From: an uncultured Gemmatimonadales bacterium
GTDB taxonomy: Bacteria; Gemmatimonadota; Gemmatimonadetes; Longimicrobiales; RSA9
Direction: 5' to 3'
NCBI GenBank assembly: GCA_963741945.1
Contig: CAVUKA010000003.1
Span: 448,001 to 512,000 of the forward strand
DNA length: 64,000 nucleotides
Shown here: one piece after another, positions 50,950-59,565 of the stretch
How the letters are laid out: each line of letters opens with the position of its first letter
Position numbering within the stretch: the stretch's first letter is position 1
Position numbers and translations under genes: made by a program
Notes under the pieces: model-generated
The model's input: only the letters and a program-made list of their open reading frames with translations
Database searches by the model: none
What the model was told of the DNA's origin: nothing

Positions 50950-52238
50950 TCCCCGCCCATCCCGACGACCGCACCCCTGAGACAGCCGCCGAGGCGCCGA
51001 TTTCGTTCGAAGATCTGACGTCATCGCCGGCCCTGCTGAGCGCCGCCCGCGATCTGGGCTGGACGGTGCCCACGCCGATCCAGCGCAAGGCGATCCCCGC
51101 CGCGCGCGAAGGTCGCGACGTGATCGGCATCGCGCAGACGGGGACGGGGAAGACGGGTGCGTTTCTGATCCCGACCATCGAGCGGCAGGAGGACCGGGAG
51201 GGGCTTCGCACGCTGGTGCTGTGCCCCACGCGGGAGCTGGCGCAGCAGGTGGCGGCGGACGCGCGTGATCTGTGTGCCCACACGGAGATGTTCGTGGGCG
51301 AGGTGTACGGAGGCGTGCCGTACGAGCCGCAGATCCGGGATCTGCGTGCGGGCTTCGACATCCTGGTGGCGACGCCCGGGCGGCTGATCGACCACCTGGA
51401 GAAGGGGAACGTGGACCTCTCGCAGGTGGAGGTCCTGATCCTGGACGAGGCGGACCGCATGCTGGACATGGGATTCCGGCCCCAGATCGACAAGGTGCTG
51501 GCCCGGGTCCCGAGAGAGCGGCAGACACTGCTGTTCAGCGCGACCATGCCGAACGGTGTACACGCGCTGGCGCTCCGCATCCAGAAGGACCCGGTGTGGG
51601 TGCAGGCGACGCCGTCGGTGACCGCGGCGGAGACCGTGGCGCAGGTGGTCTACTCCGTGCGGCCGGACCGGAAAGTGGACCTGCTGCTGTCGCTCATGGA
51701 GGATCCCGAGTGGGACCAGGTCCTGGTCTTCACGCGCACGAAGCGCGGGGCCGACCTGCTGTACCACCGGCTGCGCTCGGCCGGGATCGCGGTGAACGTG
51801 ATCCATGGCGATCGCAACATGAAGCAGCGTGGCGGCGCCATGGAGGGGTTCGCCGAAGGGCACGTGCAGGTGCTCGTGGCCACGGACGTGGCGCAGCGCG
51901 GCCTGGACATCGAGGGGATCAGCCACGTGGTCAATTACGACGTCCCGAACGATCCGGAGGACTACGTGCACCGGATCGGCCGCACGGGACGCGCGGGCGC
52001 CAGCGGCCAGGCCGTGACATTGATGACGGCCGCGGAGCTGGGCCAGGTGCGGAGCATCGAGCGCGTGCTCGGCTACGCGCTGCCCCGCGTTTCTCTCGAA
52101 GGGTTCGATTATGCCGGCGCGCCGGCGGAGCCCAACAGCGCCGCCAGTCGCTGGAACCGGTCGGGGCGCCGCCTCGGTTCCCGCAGCACCGCCGACCTCT
52201 CACCGGAAGAGCTCCAGCGGCTGCTGGACGTGGGCTGA
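50946..52238 (+). CDS. DEAD-box RNA helicase (RhlE-like)
   Basis: PTPIQ, AQTGTGKT, PTRELA, TPGRL, DEAD, SAT, HRIGRTGR. Confidence 0.95.
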   Translation: MIPAHPDDRTPETAAEAPISFEDLTSSPALLSAARDLGWTVPTPIQRKAIPAAREGRDVIGIAQTGTGKTGAFLIPTIERQEDREGLRTLVLCPTRELAQQVAADARDLCAHTEMFVGEVYGGVPYEPQIRDLRAGFDILVATPGRLIDHLEKGNVDLSQVEVLILDEADRMLDMGFRPQIDKVLARVPRERQTLLFSATMPNGVHALALRIQKDPVWVQATPSVTAAETVAQVVYSVRPDRKVDLLLSLMEDPEWDQVLVFTRTKRGADLLYHRLRSAGIAVNVIHGDRNMKQRGGAMEGFAEGHVQVLVATDVAQRGLDIEGISHVVNYDVPNDPEDYVHRIGRTGRAGASGQAVTLMTAAELGQVRSIERVLGYALPRVSLEGFDYAGAPAEPNSAASRWNRSGRRLGSRSTADLSPEELQRLLDVG

Positions 52239-52240
52239 CG

Positions 52241-53992
52241 ATGCGCGCCCGGGCGGTGATGCCCCTGGTCGGGCGTGTCGCCCCGCTCCTCCTGATGGCC
52301 GCGGCGGCGTGCGGCACCGACGTGAGCGGCCCTCCCGCCACACTGGTCTCGTGCGTCTTCGCCGACCCGACGCAGCTTGCGACGGGGCAGGTGCTCCAGG
52401 TTCGCGGTGAAGGCCACCGCGACGTCTGCCTCACCACCGGCGACGGTCCTGGCGTGTTCCTGTACGTCCCGTTCAACGCGTCGCCTGCCCCGGACGGGGA
52501 AAAGCCGGCGCCGCGCCTCGCCCTCGACCTGCAGACGGCGGGTGCCATCCCCGTCAACGATTCGCTCCTCCCCGCACCCGTGCCGGGGGGCATTCTCCTC
52601 GGCGCGGCCCGGGCCGAGCCGTGGCGTCGCCGCGACGCGGATTTCGACGCGCGGCTCCGCCAGCGCGAGATCCGGGAGCTGGAACCGCTGATCCACCCGC
52701 GCGGGTTCACCGCCGCGACGGATCGGGGTGGCCAGGGCCCGGCCGAGAGCGCGGCCATGACGCCGCCGCTGGCCCCGGACGTGCCGGCGATCGGGGACCT
52801 GGTGGACTACAACGTCGCCATCAGCTGCAGTCAGGAGAATATCCGCACCGGGCGAGTGGGCTACGTGTCTCAGCACGCCATCGTGGTGGCGGACACGGGT
52901 AATCCGGCGGCTTTCTCGCCGGCGGACCTTGCCTCGATCGCGGCCACGTTCGACACGCTGGTCTATCCGGTGGACACGGAGAGCTTCGGCGAATCGACGG
53001 ACATCGACGGGAACGGCCGCGCGATCATCTTCTTCACCCGTGCGGTGAACCAGCTGAACGCCCATCACTCCGGCTCGATCACGGTCGGGTTCTTCTGGTC
53101 GGGCGACCTGTTCCCGGCCGCGGCCACATCGCGGCTGGAAGCGTGTGCGGGGGGCAACCGGGCGGAGATGTTCTACATGATCGCGCCAGATCCGGCCGGC
53201 GCCTACGGTCCGTCGATAAAGACGGAGGAGGTCCTGCGTCGCTCGGTGGGGATCATCGCCCACGAGTACCAGCACCTGATCAACGCTGGCCGCCGCCTGT
53301 ACGTGAACGAAGCGCCCGTGTTCGAGGAGCCGTGGCTGAACGAGGGGCTGAGCCACACGGCGGAAGAGCTGGTGTTCTATCGGGTCACCGGGCTGCACCC
53401 GGGCGCCGACCTGACGGCCGCCGACCTCCGGGCCATCCCGGGCGCCATTGACGCGTTCAACCGGTTCGCGGCTCCGGATTTCGACCTGCTGCATTCGTAC
53501 CTGGAGGACCCGGACACCACCTCGCTCATGGGCGTGCCCGGGCTGTCCACGCGCGGGGCGGTGTGGTCGTTCCTGCGCTACGCGGCCGACCGGAGCGGGC
53601 GCTCGGACCCGGCGTTCTTCCATGACGTGGTCAATTCCACCACCTCCGGGCTCGACAACCTGTCGGCCGTGCTGGGCGCCTCCGCACTGTCCTGGATGCA
53701 GGACTGGACGGTGGCCGTGTTCGCCGACAACGCGGTCCCGGGCGTGGACGCCCGCTTCACGCAGCCGAGCTGGAACTACCGTGACATCTTCGAGAACTCG
53801 TCGTTGGGCGAGTTCCCGCTGCAGACCCGCACGCTCCCGGCGCAGGGGACGCGCAGCTTTTCGCTGCTTCCTGGCGGCGCCGCGTTCCCCCTGTTCCAGA
53901 CCGGAGCGGGGACGCAGGCTACGCTGCACGTGGAATCCGACGGGGGCGCGCCGCCGTCGATCCTGCGCGGCTCATTCCTGCGAGTGCACTAG
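52241..53992 (+). CDS. Lipoprotein zinc metallopeptidase (M30/hyicolysin-like)
   Basis: Lipobox AAAC; DIDGNG, GFFWSGDL, AHEYQHLI, WLNEGLSH. Confidence 0.75.
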   Translation: MRARAVMPLVGRVAPLLLMAAAACGTDVSGPPATLVSCVFADPTQLATGQVLQVRGEGHRDVCLTTGDGPGVFLYVPFNASPAPDGEKPAPRLALDLQTAGAIPVNDSLLPAPVPGGILLGAARAEPWRRRDADFDARLRQREIRELEPLIHPRGFTAATDRGGQGPAESAAMTPPLAPDVPAIGDLVDYNVAISCSQENIRTGRVGYVSQHAIVVADTGNPAAFSPADLASIAATFDTLVYPVDTESFGESTDIDGNGRAIIFFTRAVNQLNAHHSGSITVGFFWSGDLFPAAATSRLEACAGGNRAEMFYMIAPDPAGAYGPSIKTEEVLRRSVGIIAHEYQHLINAGRRLYVNEAPVFEEPWLNEGLSHTAEELVFYRVTGLHPGADLTAADLRAIPGAIDAFNRFAAPDFDLLHSYLEDPDTTSLMGVPGLSTRGAVWSFLRYAADRSGRSDPAFFHDVVNSTTSGLDNLSAVLGASALSWMQDWTVAVFADNAVPGVDARFTQPSWNYRDIFENSSLGEFPLQTRTLPAQGTRSFSLLPGGAAFPLFQTGAGTQATLHVESDGGAPPSILRGSFLRVH

Positions 53993-53993
53993 G

Positions 53994-54647
53994 ATGATCG
54001 CCCGCCCGTCCGTACGCGCGCTGCCGACCGCGGCTGTCGCTCTGGTCATGGCCATGGGGGCGTCCAGCGCGGCCGCGCAGGCGTGCGCGCCCCGTGGCTT
54101 CTCCGCGGGCGGGGCCGCCGCCGCGGTGCACTACGACATGGCGGGTGGCGTGAGCGGGACCGAAGTGGGCGCCGTGGTCCGCATGGCGGGCGCGGGACTG
54201 GCGCTGGAGGGCCTCTACGGGCGGCTGCTCCTGTCCGACGGGCGCCCGGAGCCGGACGTGGTGCGCGTGGTCGTCCGCGCGCCGCTGGCCTCGGTTCTCG
54301 GGGTCCATTTCTGCGCTGTGGCGCACGGCGGGGCCACGCGATTCAGCGTCGAGCGGGCGGATGGCCGCGTGGTCGCGGGCGGAGTGGGGCTGAGCGCGCG
54401 CCGGACGATCGGTCGGCTCACGCCATTCGGGGAGGTCCGCGCCCTGGCAGCGAAGAGCTCGGGCGCGATCCTGGACGTGGACGCGAGCGCGTCCGGGCAG
54501 GCCATCGGTGGCGACGCGGGGGCGGAGCTGGATCTCGGGCACCTGCAGCTCCGGGGGTCGGCCTCGTTCGACGGCCTTGCCGCCGGACTCGGCGCCACGC
54601 CGTACCCGACGCGCGCGATCCGGCTGGAGCTGCTCTACCGGTTCTGA
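53994..54647 (+). CDS. Small outer-membrane beta-barrel-like protein
   Basis: Signal peptide ending SAAAQ; alternating beta pattern; C-terminal LELLYRF. Confidence 0.6.
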   Translation: MIARPSVRALPTAAVALVMAMGASSAAAQACAPRGFSAGGAAAAVHYDMAGGVSGTEVGAVVRMAGAGLALEGLYGRLLLSDGRPEPDVVRVVVRAPLASVLGVHFCAVAHGGATRFSVERADGRVVAGGVGLSARRTIGRLTPFGEVRALAAKSSGAILDVDASASGQAIGGDAGAELDLGHLQLRGSASFDGLAAGLGATPYPTRAIRLELLYRF

Positions 54648-55702
54648 GCGTTCGCGCCATCACGCAGCACGCTGAGCGCGCCGCTCCCTTCCCCACCCAC
54701 CTGCTCGTACGTGCACTGGCGCGGGTCCTTGTCCGGCCGCCAGCGCTCCAGCGCGGTGCCGTGGCGGAAGCGTCCGCCCGTGAAGTGGTCGTACGTGACC
54801 TCCACCACCAGCTCGGGGCGGAGCGGCTGCCACTCCGCCGAGCGCTCCGTGGCCCAGCGGCTGGGGCCGCCCGGCCGTGAGCCGGTGAACCCCGGCTCCT
54901 CGATCAGCGGCTCCACCACGCTCCGGAGCCGGCGCCGGTCGCGGTCCGAGAAGCTGGAGCAGAAGCCCACGTGGTCGAGGCGCCCGGCGTCGTCGTAGAG
55001 ACCCAGGAGGAGCGAGCCGATGCCGCCGCCGGAGCGCGAGTAGCGGAATCCGCCCACCACGCAGTCGGCCGTCCGGCGCCGCTTCACTTTCAGCATGGCA
55101 TCGCGGGAGCCGGAAGCGTATCGACGCGACGGGTCCTTCGCCATCACGCCGTCCACGCCCGAAAGCCCGCGCAGCCAGTGGTCCGCGAGGTCCGGATCCG
55201 TGGTCGCCCGGGACAGGTGGAAGCCGGGCGCGTCCCCGAGGAACCGCGCCGCGAACCGCTCGAGGGCATCCCGGCGGTCGCGCAGCGGCCAGTCCAGGAG
55301 TGATCGGGTCGAGCCGCGCGCCAGCAGGTCGAACGCCACGAGCCAGGCCGGGGTCTCCCGCGCCAGCTTCCGGACCCGGCTCTCGGCCGGATGGATGCGC
55401 TGCAGGAGAAGGTCGAACGCCACATCGTCGCCGCGCGGCACCAGCAGCTCACAATCCAGGACGAACTGGCGGGCGCGGACCGCGCGCACGGCATCCACGA
55501 CTTCCGGGAAATAGCGGGTCAGCGGCTTGCACGACTTCGACTGGAGCTCGACCGTGCTGTGGTCGCGGAATACGACGCAGCGGAAGCCGTCCCATTTCGG
55601 CTCGTACAGCCACTCCCCCTCCGTCGGCACCACGTCCGCGCGCCTCGCCTCCATGGGCGGGAGCGGCGGCTCGACGGCCAGGTTCAGCGGCTGGAACGAC
55701 AT
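54635..55702 (-). CDS. ligC: ATP-dependent DNA ligase, LigC type
   Basis: PPLPPME, YEPKWDGFR (adenylated Lys), AFDLL, DGVMAK, LKVK, SLLLGLYD, VVEVTYDH, RFRH, WRPDK; start ATG 55702. Confidence 0.9.
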   Translation of the reverse strand: MSFQPLNLAVEPPLPPMEARRADVVPTEGEWLYEPKWDGFRCVVFRDHSTVELQSKSCKPLTRYFPEVVDAVRAVRARQFVLDCELLVPRGDDVAFDLLLQRIHPAESRVRKLARETPAWLVAFDLLARGSTRSLLDWPLRDRRDALERFAARFLGDAPGFHLSRATTDPDLADHWLRGLSGVDGVMAKDPSRRYASGSRDAMLKVKRRRTADCVVGGFRYSRSGGGIGSLLLGLYDDAGRLDHVGFCSSFSDRDRRRLRSVVEPLIEEPGFTGSRPGGPSRWATERSAEWQPLRPELVVEVTYDHFTGGRFRHGTALERWRPDKDPRQCTYEQVGGEGSGALSVLRDGANAQNR

Positions 55703-55768
55703 GGTGGCGGGTCTCCTCGGGTTCCGGTGGCCTCCCGCTCCGGCTCCGCGCAAATACTCCGCCAACGG

Positions 55769-56015
55769 CGCGGAGAGCGCGGAGGCGGCGGAGGACGCGG
55801 AGAACTGCAACACCGGGGCACGCGGAGGCGCGGAGGACGCGGAGAACTGCAACACCGGCGCACGCGGAGGCGCGGAGGACGCGGAGAACTGCAACACCGG
55901 GGCACGCGGAGGCGCGGAGGACGCGGAGAACTGCAACACCGGGGCACGCGGAGGCGGCGGAGGACGCGGAGAACTGCAACACCGAGGCACGCGGAGGCGC
56001 GGAGGACGCGGAGGG
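55769..56015 (+). repeat. Tandem array A: 42-bp unit cacgcggaggcgcggaggacgcggagaactgcaacaccgggg, ~5 copies plus terminal arm
   Basis: Units start 55819, 55861, 55903, 55945 (+1 nt) and 55988 (arm only), with a degenerate unit before 55819. Confidence 0.95.
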
Positions 56016-56131
56016 CTACGCGGGGTTGTGATCCACCGGAGAAGTCCGGTGACCGGGCTGGCCCGTTCATTATTTTTGGGGGGGGATCCCCCCGCAGAGT
56101 CCTGGCGAGACAGCTCCCTCGCCCCGGAACG
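56016..56131. other. Conserved 116-bp core of the CGCGGAG-arm element (copy 3)
   Basis: Contains AGTCCGGTGACCGGGCT (56043-56059) and GGGGGGATCCCCCC; colinear with 38079-38201. Confidence 0.75.
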
Positions 56132-56470
56132 CCCTTCGCGATCTCCGCGCCTCCGCGTGAGAGCCGTGGTTCTTCGCGATCTCCGCGCCTTCGCGTGAGA
56201 GCCGTGGTTCTTCGCGATCTCCGCGCCTCCGCGTGAGAGCCGTGGTTCTTCGCGATCTCCGCGCCTCCGCGTGAGAGCCGTGGTTCTTCGCGATCTCCGC
56301 GCCTCCGCGTGAGAGCCGTGGTTCTTCGCGATCTCCGCGCCTCCGCGTGAGAGCCGTGGTTCTTCGCGATCTCCGCGCCTCCGCGTGAGAGCCGTGGTTC
56401 TTCGCGATCTCCGCGCCTCCGCGTGAGAGCCGTGGTTCTTCGCGATCTCCGCGCCTCCGCGTGAGAGCCG
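56132..56470 (-). repeat. Tandem array B: 38-bp unit ttcgcgatctccgcgcctccgcgtgagagccgtggttc, 8 full + 1 partial copy, inverted relative to array A
   Basis: Units start 56135 + 38n up to 56439; one substitution seen (second copy). Confidence 0.95.
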
Positions 56471-56595
56471 CGGGGCACCGATCTTTGCGTGACGGGAAGC
56501 TGGGGGGCGAGTGGCGCGGGCTGGAGCGGCCATCCATATTCCCGCCCCGTACCTGATCCGATCCCACCGCATCCAGGACCATCGGAGGTTGCACC

Positions 56596-59085
56596 ATGCA
56601 TCGACTGCTGGCCGGCGCGCTGCTGATCGGCTCCGCCGCTGCGTGCGCGCATGCGGGGGCCACGGCGCCCACGCCCCCGTCCGCCGCCAAGCCACTCCCC
56701 TCCATCGCATCGAAGACGCAGGGCTTCGAGAGGATGGATGGCTTCCTGCCGCTGTACTGGGACGAAGCGGAGGGGAAGCTGTGGATGGAGGTGCCGGAAA
56801 CGGGGACCGAGCTGCTCTACGTCGAAGGGCTCACGGCCGGGGTCGGCTCGAACGACATCGGCCTGGACCGGAATCAGCTCGGTCGCACGCGCGTGATCCG
56901 CTTCGACCGCATCGGTCGGAAGCTGCTCGTGGTGGAGCCGAACTACGACTACCGCGCCGGAACGCAGAATGCGGCGGAGCGCCGGGCGGTGGACGACGCG
57001 TTCGCGCGCTCGGTCCTGTGGGGATTCCCGATCGCCGCGGAGACCGAGGGTCGACTGCTCGTGGACGCCACGGATTTCCTGATCCGGGATGTCCACGGCG
57101 TGGCCCGGCAGCTGAAGCAGACGAAGCAGGGGAGCTACAAGCTGGACAAGTCGCGCAGCGCGGTGGACCTCTCGCGGACGCGGGCCTTCCCGCGCAACAG
57201 CGAGGTGGAGGTGATCCTGACGTTCGAGGGCGAGCCCGAGGGCGGCTGGATCCGCTCGGTCACGCCGTCGCCGGAGGCGGTCACGGTTCGCGAGCGCCAT
57301 TCCTTCGTGCACTCGCCCCCGCCCGGCTACGAGCCCCGGCGCTTCGACCCGCGCGCGGGCTACTTCGACGTGGCGTGGAAGGACTACGCGGTGCCACTGG
57401 GCGAGCCGCTGGAGCAGCGATTCATCACGCGGCACCGGCTGCAGAAGAAGGACCCGGGCGCGGCCATGAGCGATCCGGTGGAGCCGATCGTGTATTACGT
57501 GGATCCGGGCGTGCCGGAGCCGATCCGGTCGGCGCTGGTGGAGGGCGCCGGCTGGTGGAACCAGGCGTTCGAGGCCGCGGGGTACCGGAACGCCTTCCAG
57601 GTGAAGGTGCTCCCGGATACCGCCGATCCCATGGATGTCCGCTACAACATGATCAACTGGGTGCACCGCTCCACACGCGGCTGGAGCTATGGCAGCTCGG
57701 TGGCAGACCCGAGGACGGGTGAGATCATCAAGGGGCACGTGCTCCTCGGATCGCTGCGGGCGAGGCAGGACTACCTGCTGGCGGAAGGGCTGCTTTCCCC
57801 GTACGACTCCACCGGTGAGGTCCCTTCGGCCATGCGCGAGCTGGCGCTGGCGAGGATCCGTCAGCTTTCGGCCCACGAGGTCGGGCACACGCTCGGGCTG
57901 GCGCACAACTACCTGGCGAGCAGCGAGGGACGAACGTCCGTGATGGACTACCCGCACCCGTTGGTGAAGCTGACGGCGGACGGCTCCATCGACCTGTCGG
58001 ACGCCTATGACACGGGGATCGGCGAGTGGGACAAGGTCTCCATCGCCTATGGATACTCCGATTTTGCCGATGGCGCCGATGAGGCGAAAGCGCTCGAGCG
58101 GATCATCCGGGCGGCGAGGGAGGACGGGCTGCTCTACCTGACGGATCAGGACGCGCGGCCGGCCGGGAGCGCGCATCCGCAGACGCATCTCTGGGACAAC
58201 GGCGTGGATGCCGCGCAGGAGCTGCGGCGGATGCTGACGGTGCGCAAGGCGGCGCTCGACCGTTTCGGCGAGCGGGCCATCCGCATGGGAATGCCGCTCG
58301 CGACCATGGAAGAGGCGCTGGTCCCGCTCTACCTCCACCACCGATACCAGGTCGAGGCGGCCACCAAGGTGATCGGGGGGCAGTACTACACCTACGCCAT
58401 TCGCGGCGACGGGCAGGTCCCGGTCCGGAGCGTGCCAGCGGAGCAGCAGAGCGCCGCGCTGGACGCTGTGCTCGAGACGCTCTCGCCGTCCGTGCTCGCG
58501 CTGCCGACGGAGCTGCTGAAGCGGATTCCGCCCCGGCCGGCGGGCTTCCCGTCGCACCGTGAGCTGTTCGATCGCTATACGGGGATCACGTTCGATGCCG
58601 TCTCGCCGGCGGCTGCGGCCGCCGACCTGACCCTGTCGTTCCTGCTCCAGGAGGAGCGGGCAGCGCGGCTGGTGGAGCAGCACGCCCTCGATCCGTCGCT
58701 CCCCGGATTCCAGGACGTGCTGGAGCGGCTCGAGCAGGGCTCGTTCGGCGCGGCCGCGGCCAACCCCTACGAGGCGGAGATCAAGCGCGTGGTCGAGGAA
58801 GCGATGGTGGAGCGTCTGATGGGGCTGGCCGCGAGCGCGCCGATGCCCCAGGTTCGGTCCGCCAGTGAGCTGGAGCTGCGACGGCTCCGTGACCGGCTGC
58901 AGGCGGCGGCGCGGGGCGCGAGCGACGAGGACCGGGCCACCGACCTCCGCCTGGCGAGCGACATCCAGCGCTTCCTCGACCGGCCAGCGGGCCCGTGGTC
59001 ACCAGCCGGTCCGTTGCCGGCGCCGCCGGGGAGCCCGATCGGGGGAGGCGGCGACTTCATTCAACCCTGGAACGGAACGCCATGA
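56596..59085 (+). CDS. Secreted zinc-dependent metalloprotease (DUF5117/DUF4953, EcxA-like met-zincin)
   Basis: Lipoprotein-like signal (AAAC); FDPRAGYF, DPRTGEIIKG, HEVGHTLGLAHN, SVMDY Met-turn; RBS GGAGG. Confidence 0.9.
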   Translation: MHRLLAGALLIGSAAACAHAGATAPTPPSAAKPLPSIASKTQGFERMDGFLPLYWDEAEGKLWMEVPETGTELLYVEGLTAGVGSNDIGLDRNQLGRTRVIRFDRIGRKLLVVEPNYDYRAGTQNAAERRAVDDAFARSVLWGFPIAAETEGRLLVDATDFLIRDVHGVARQLKQTKQGSYKLDKSRSAVDLSRTRAFPRNSEVEVILTFEGEPEGGWIRSVTPSPEAVTVRERHSFVHSPPPGYEPRRFDPRAGYFDVAWKDYAVPLGEPLEQRFITRHRLQKKDPGAAMSDPVEPIVYYVDPGVPEPIRSALVEGAGWWNQAFEAAGYRNAFQVKVLPDTADPMDVRYNMINWVHRSTRGWSYGSSVADPRTGEIIKGHVLLGSLRARQDYLLAEGLLSPYDSTGEVPSAMRELALARIRQLSAHEVGHTLGLAHNYLASSEGRTSVMDYPHPLVKLTADGSIDLSDAYDTGIGEWDKVSIAYGYSDFADGADEAKALERIIRAAREDGLLYLTDQDARPAGSAHPQTHLWDNGVDAAQELRRMLTVRKAALDRFGERAIRMGMPLATMEEALVPLYLHHRYQVEAATKVIGGQYYTYAIRGDGQVPVRSVPAEQQSAALDAVLETLSPSVLALPTELLKRIPPRPAGFPSHRELFDRYTGITFDAVSPAAAAADLTLSFLLQEERAARLVEQHALDPSLPGFQDVLERLEQGSFGAAAANPYEAEIKRVVEEAMVERLMGLAASAPMPQVRSASELELRRLRDRLQAAARGASDEDRATDLRLASDIQRFLDRPAGPWSPAGPLPAPPGSPIGGGGDFIQPWNGTP

Positions 59086-59468
59086 GCCATCTCCTCTTCT
59101 ACGCCCATTCGGGGCTGCGGTACGTGGTGCTCGTCATCGCGTTTCTGACATTCCTGTATGCCCTGGTCCGCTCGGTCCAGGGAGCCCAGCAGGACCGGTC
59201 GGGGCGCGCGCTTACAGCCGCGTTCACGGGACTGCTGGATCTGCAGGTTCTGCTCGGCATCCTGCTTGTCTTCTTCCGCCCCTGGTTCCCTGCCCTGGCC
59301 GGCCACATCACCATGATGGTGCTGGCGGCCGCCACGGCCCACACCACCAGCGTGCTCGCCCGGCGGCGGCCGCCGGAGCGCGCGCACCGCGTTACGGCGG
59401 TGGGCATCGGCGTGACCATCCTGCTGATCGTGGGAGGGATCCTCTCCATCGGGCGCCCGATCTTCTGA
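59082..59468 (+). CDS. Small 4-TM membrane protein with conserved-looking His residues (cytochrome b-like)
   Basis: HSGLRY, DLQVLLG, HITMM, AH; ATGA overlap with protease. Confidence 0.65.
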   Translation: MSHLLFYAHSGLRYVVLVIAFLTFLYALVRSVQGAQQDRSGRALTAAFTGLLDLQVLLGILLVFFRPWFPALAGHITMMVLAAATAHTTSVLARRRPPERAHRVTAVGIGVTILLIVGGILSIGRPIF

Positions 59469-59505
59469 CGCCTGGCTGCCGCATGCGCGGCACCGCAGCC
59501 AGAGA

Positions 59506-59539
59506 AGCGCCCCACCGGCCGATCGGCCGGTGGGGCGCT
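59506..59539. terminator. Perfect 34-bp palindrome between convergent genes
   Basis: agcgccccaccggccgatcggccggtggggcgct. Confidence 0.7.
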
Positions 59540-59565
59540 CGCTTCCCGCTCGGGATGTCCGCGAA

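Noticed and set aside
55769-56470. CRISPR array
   Set aside because: Linkers are identical within each array and only 12-16 nt; no unique spacers and no cas genes in the window
56472-56489. sigma54 promoter GGCACCGATCTTTGC upstream of the metalloprotease
   Set aside because: Spacing is GG-N11-GC, one base off the strict requirement
55703-56710. N-terminal extension of LigC (691-aa ORF) and other repeat-peptide ORFs across the arrays
   Set aside because: Frames stay open because the GC-rich units lack stops; the 38-bp unit is not a multiple of 3; LigC motifs begin at ATG 55702
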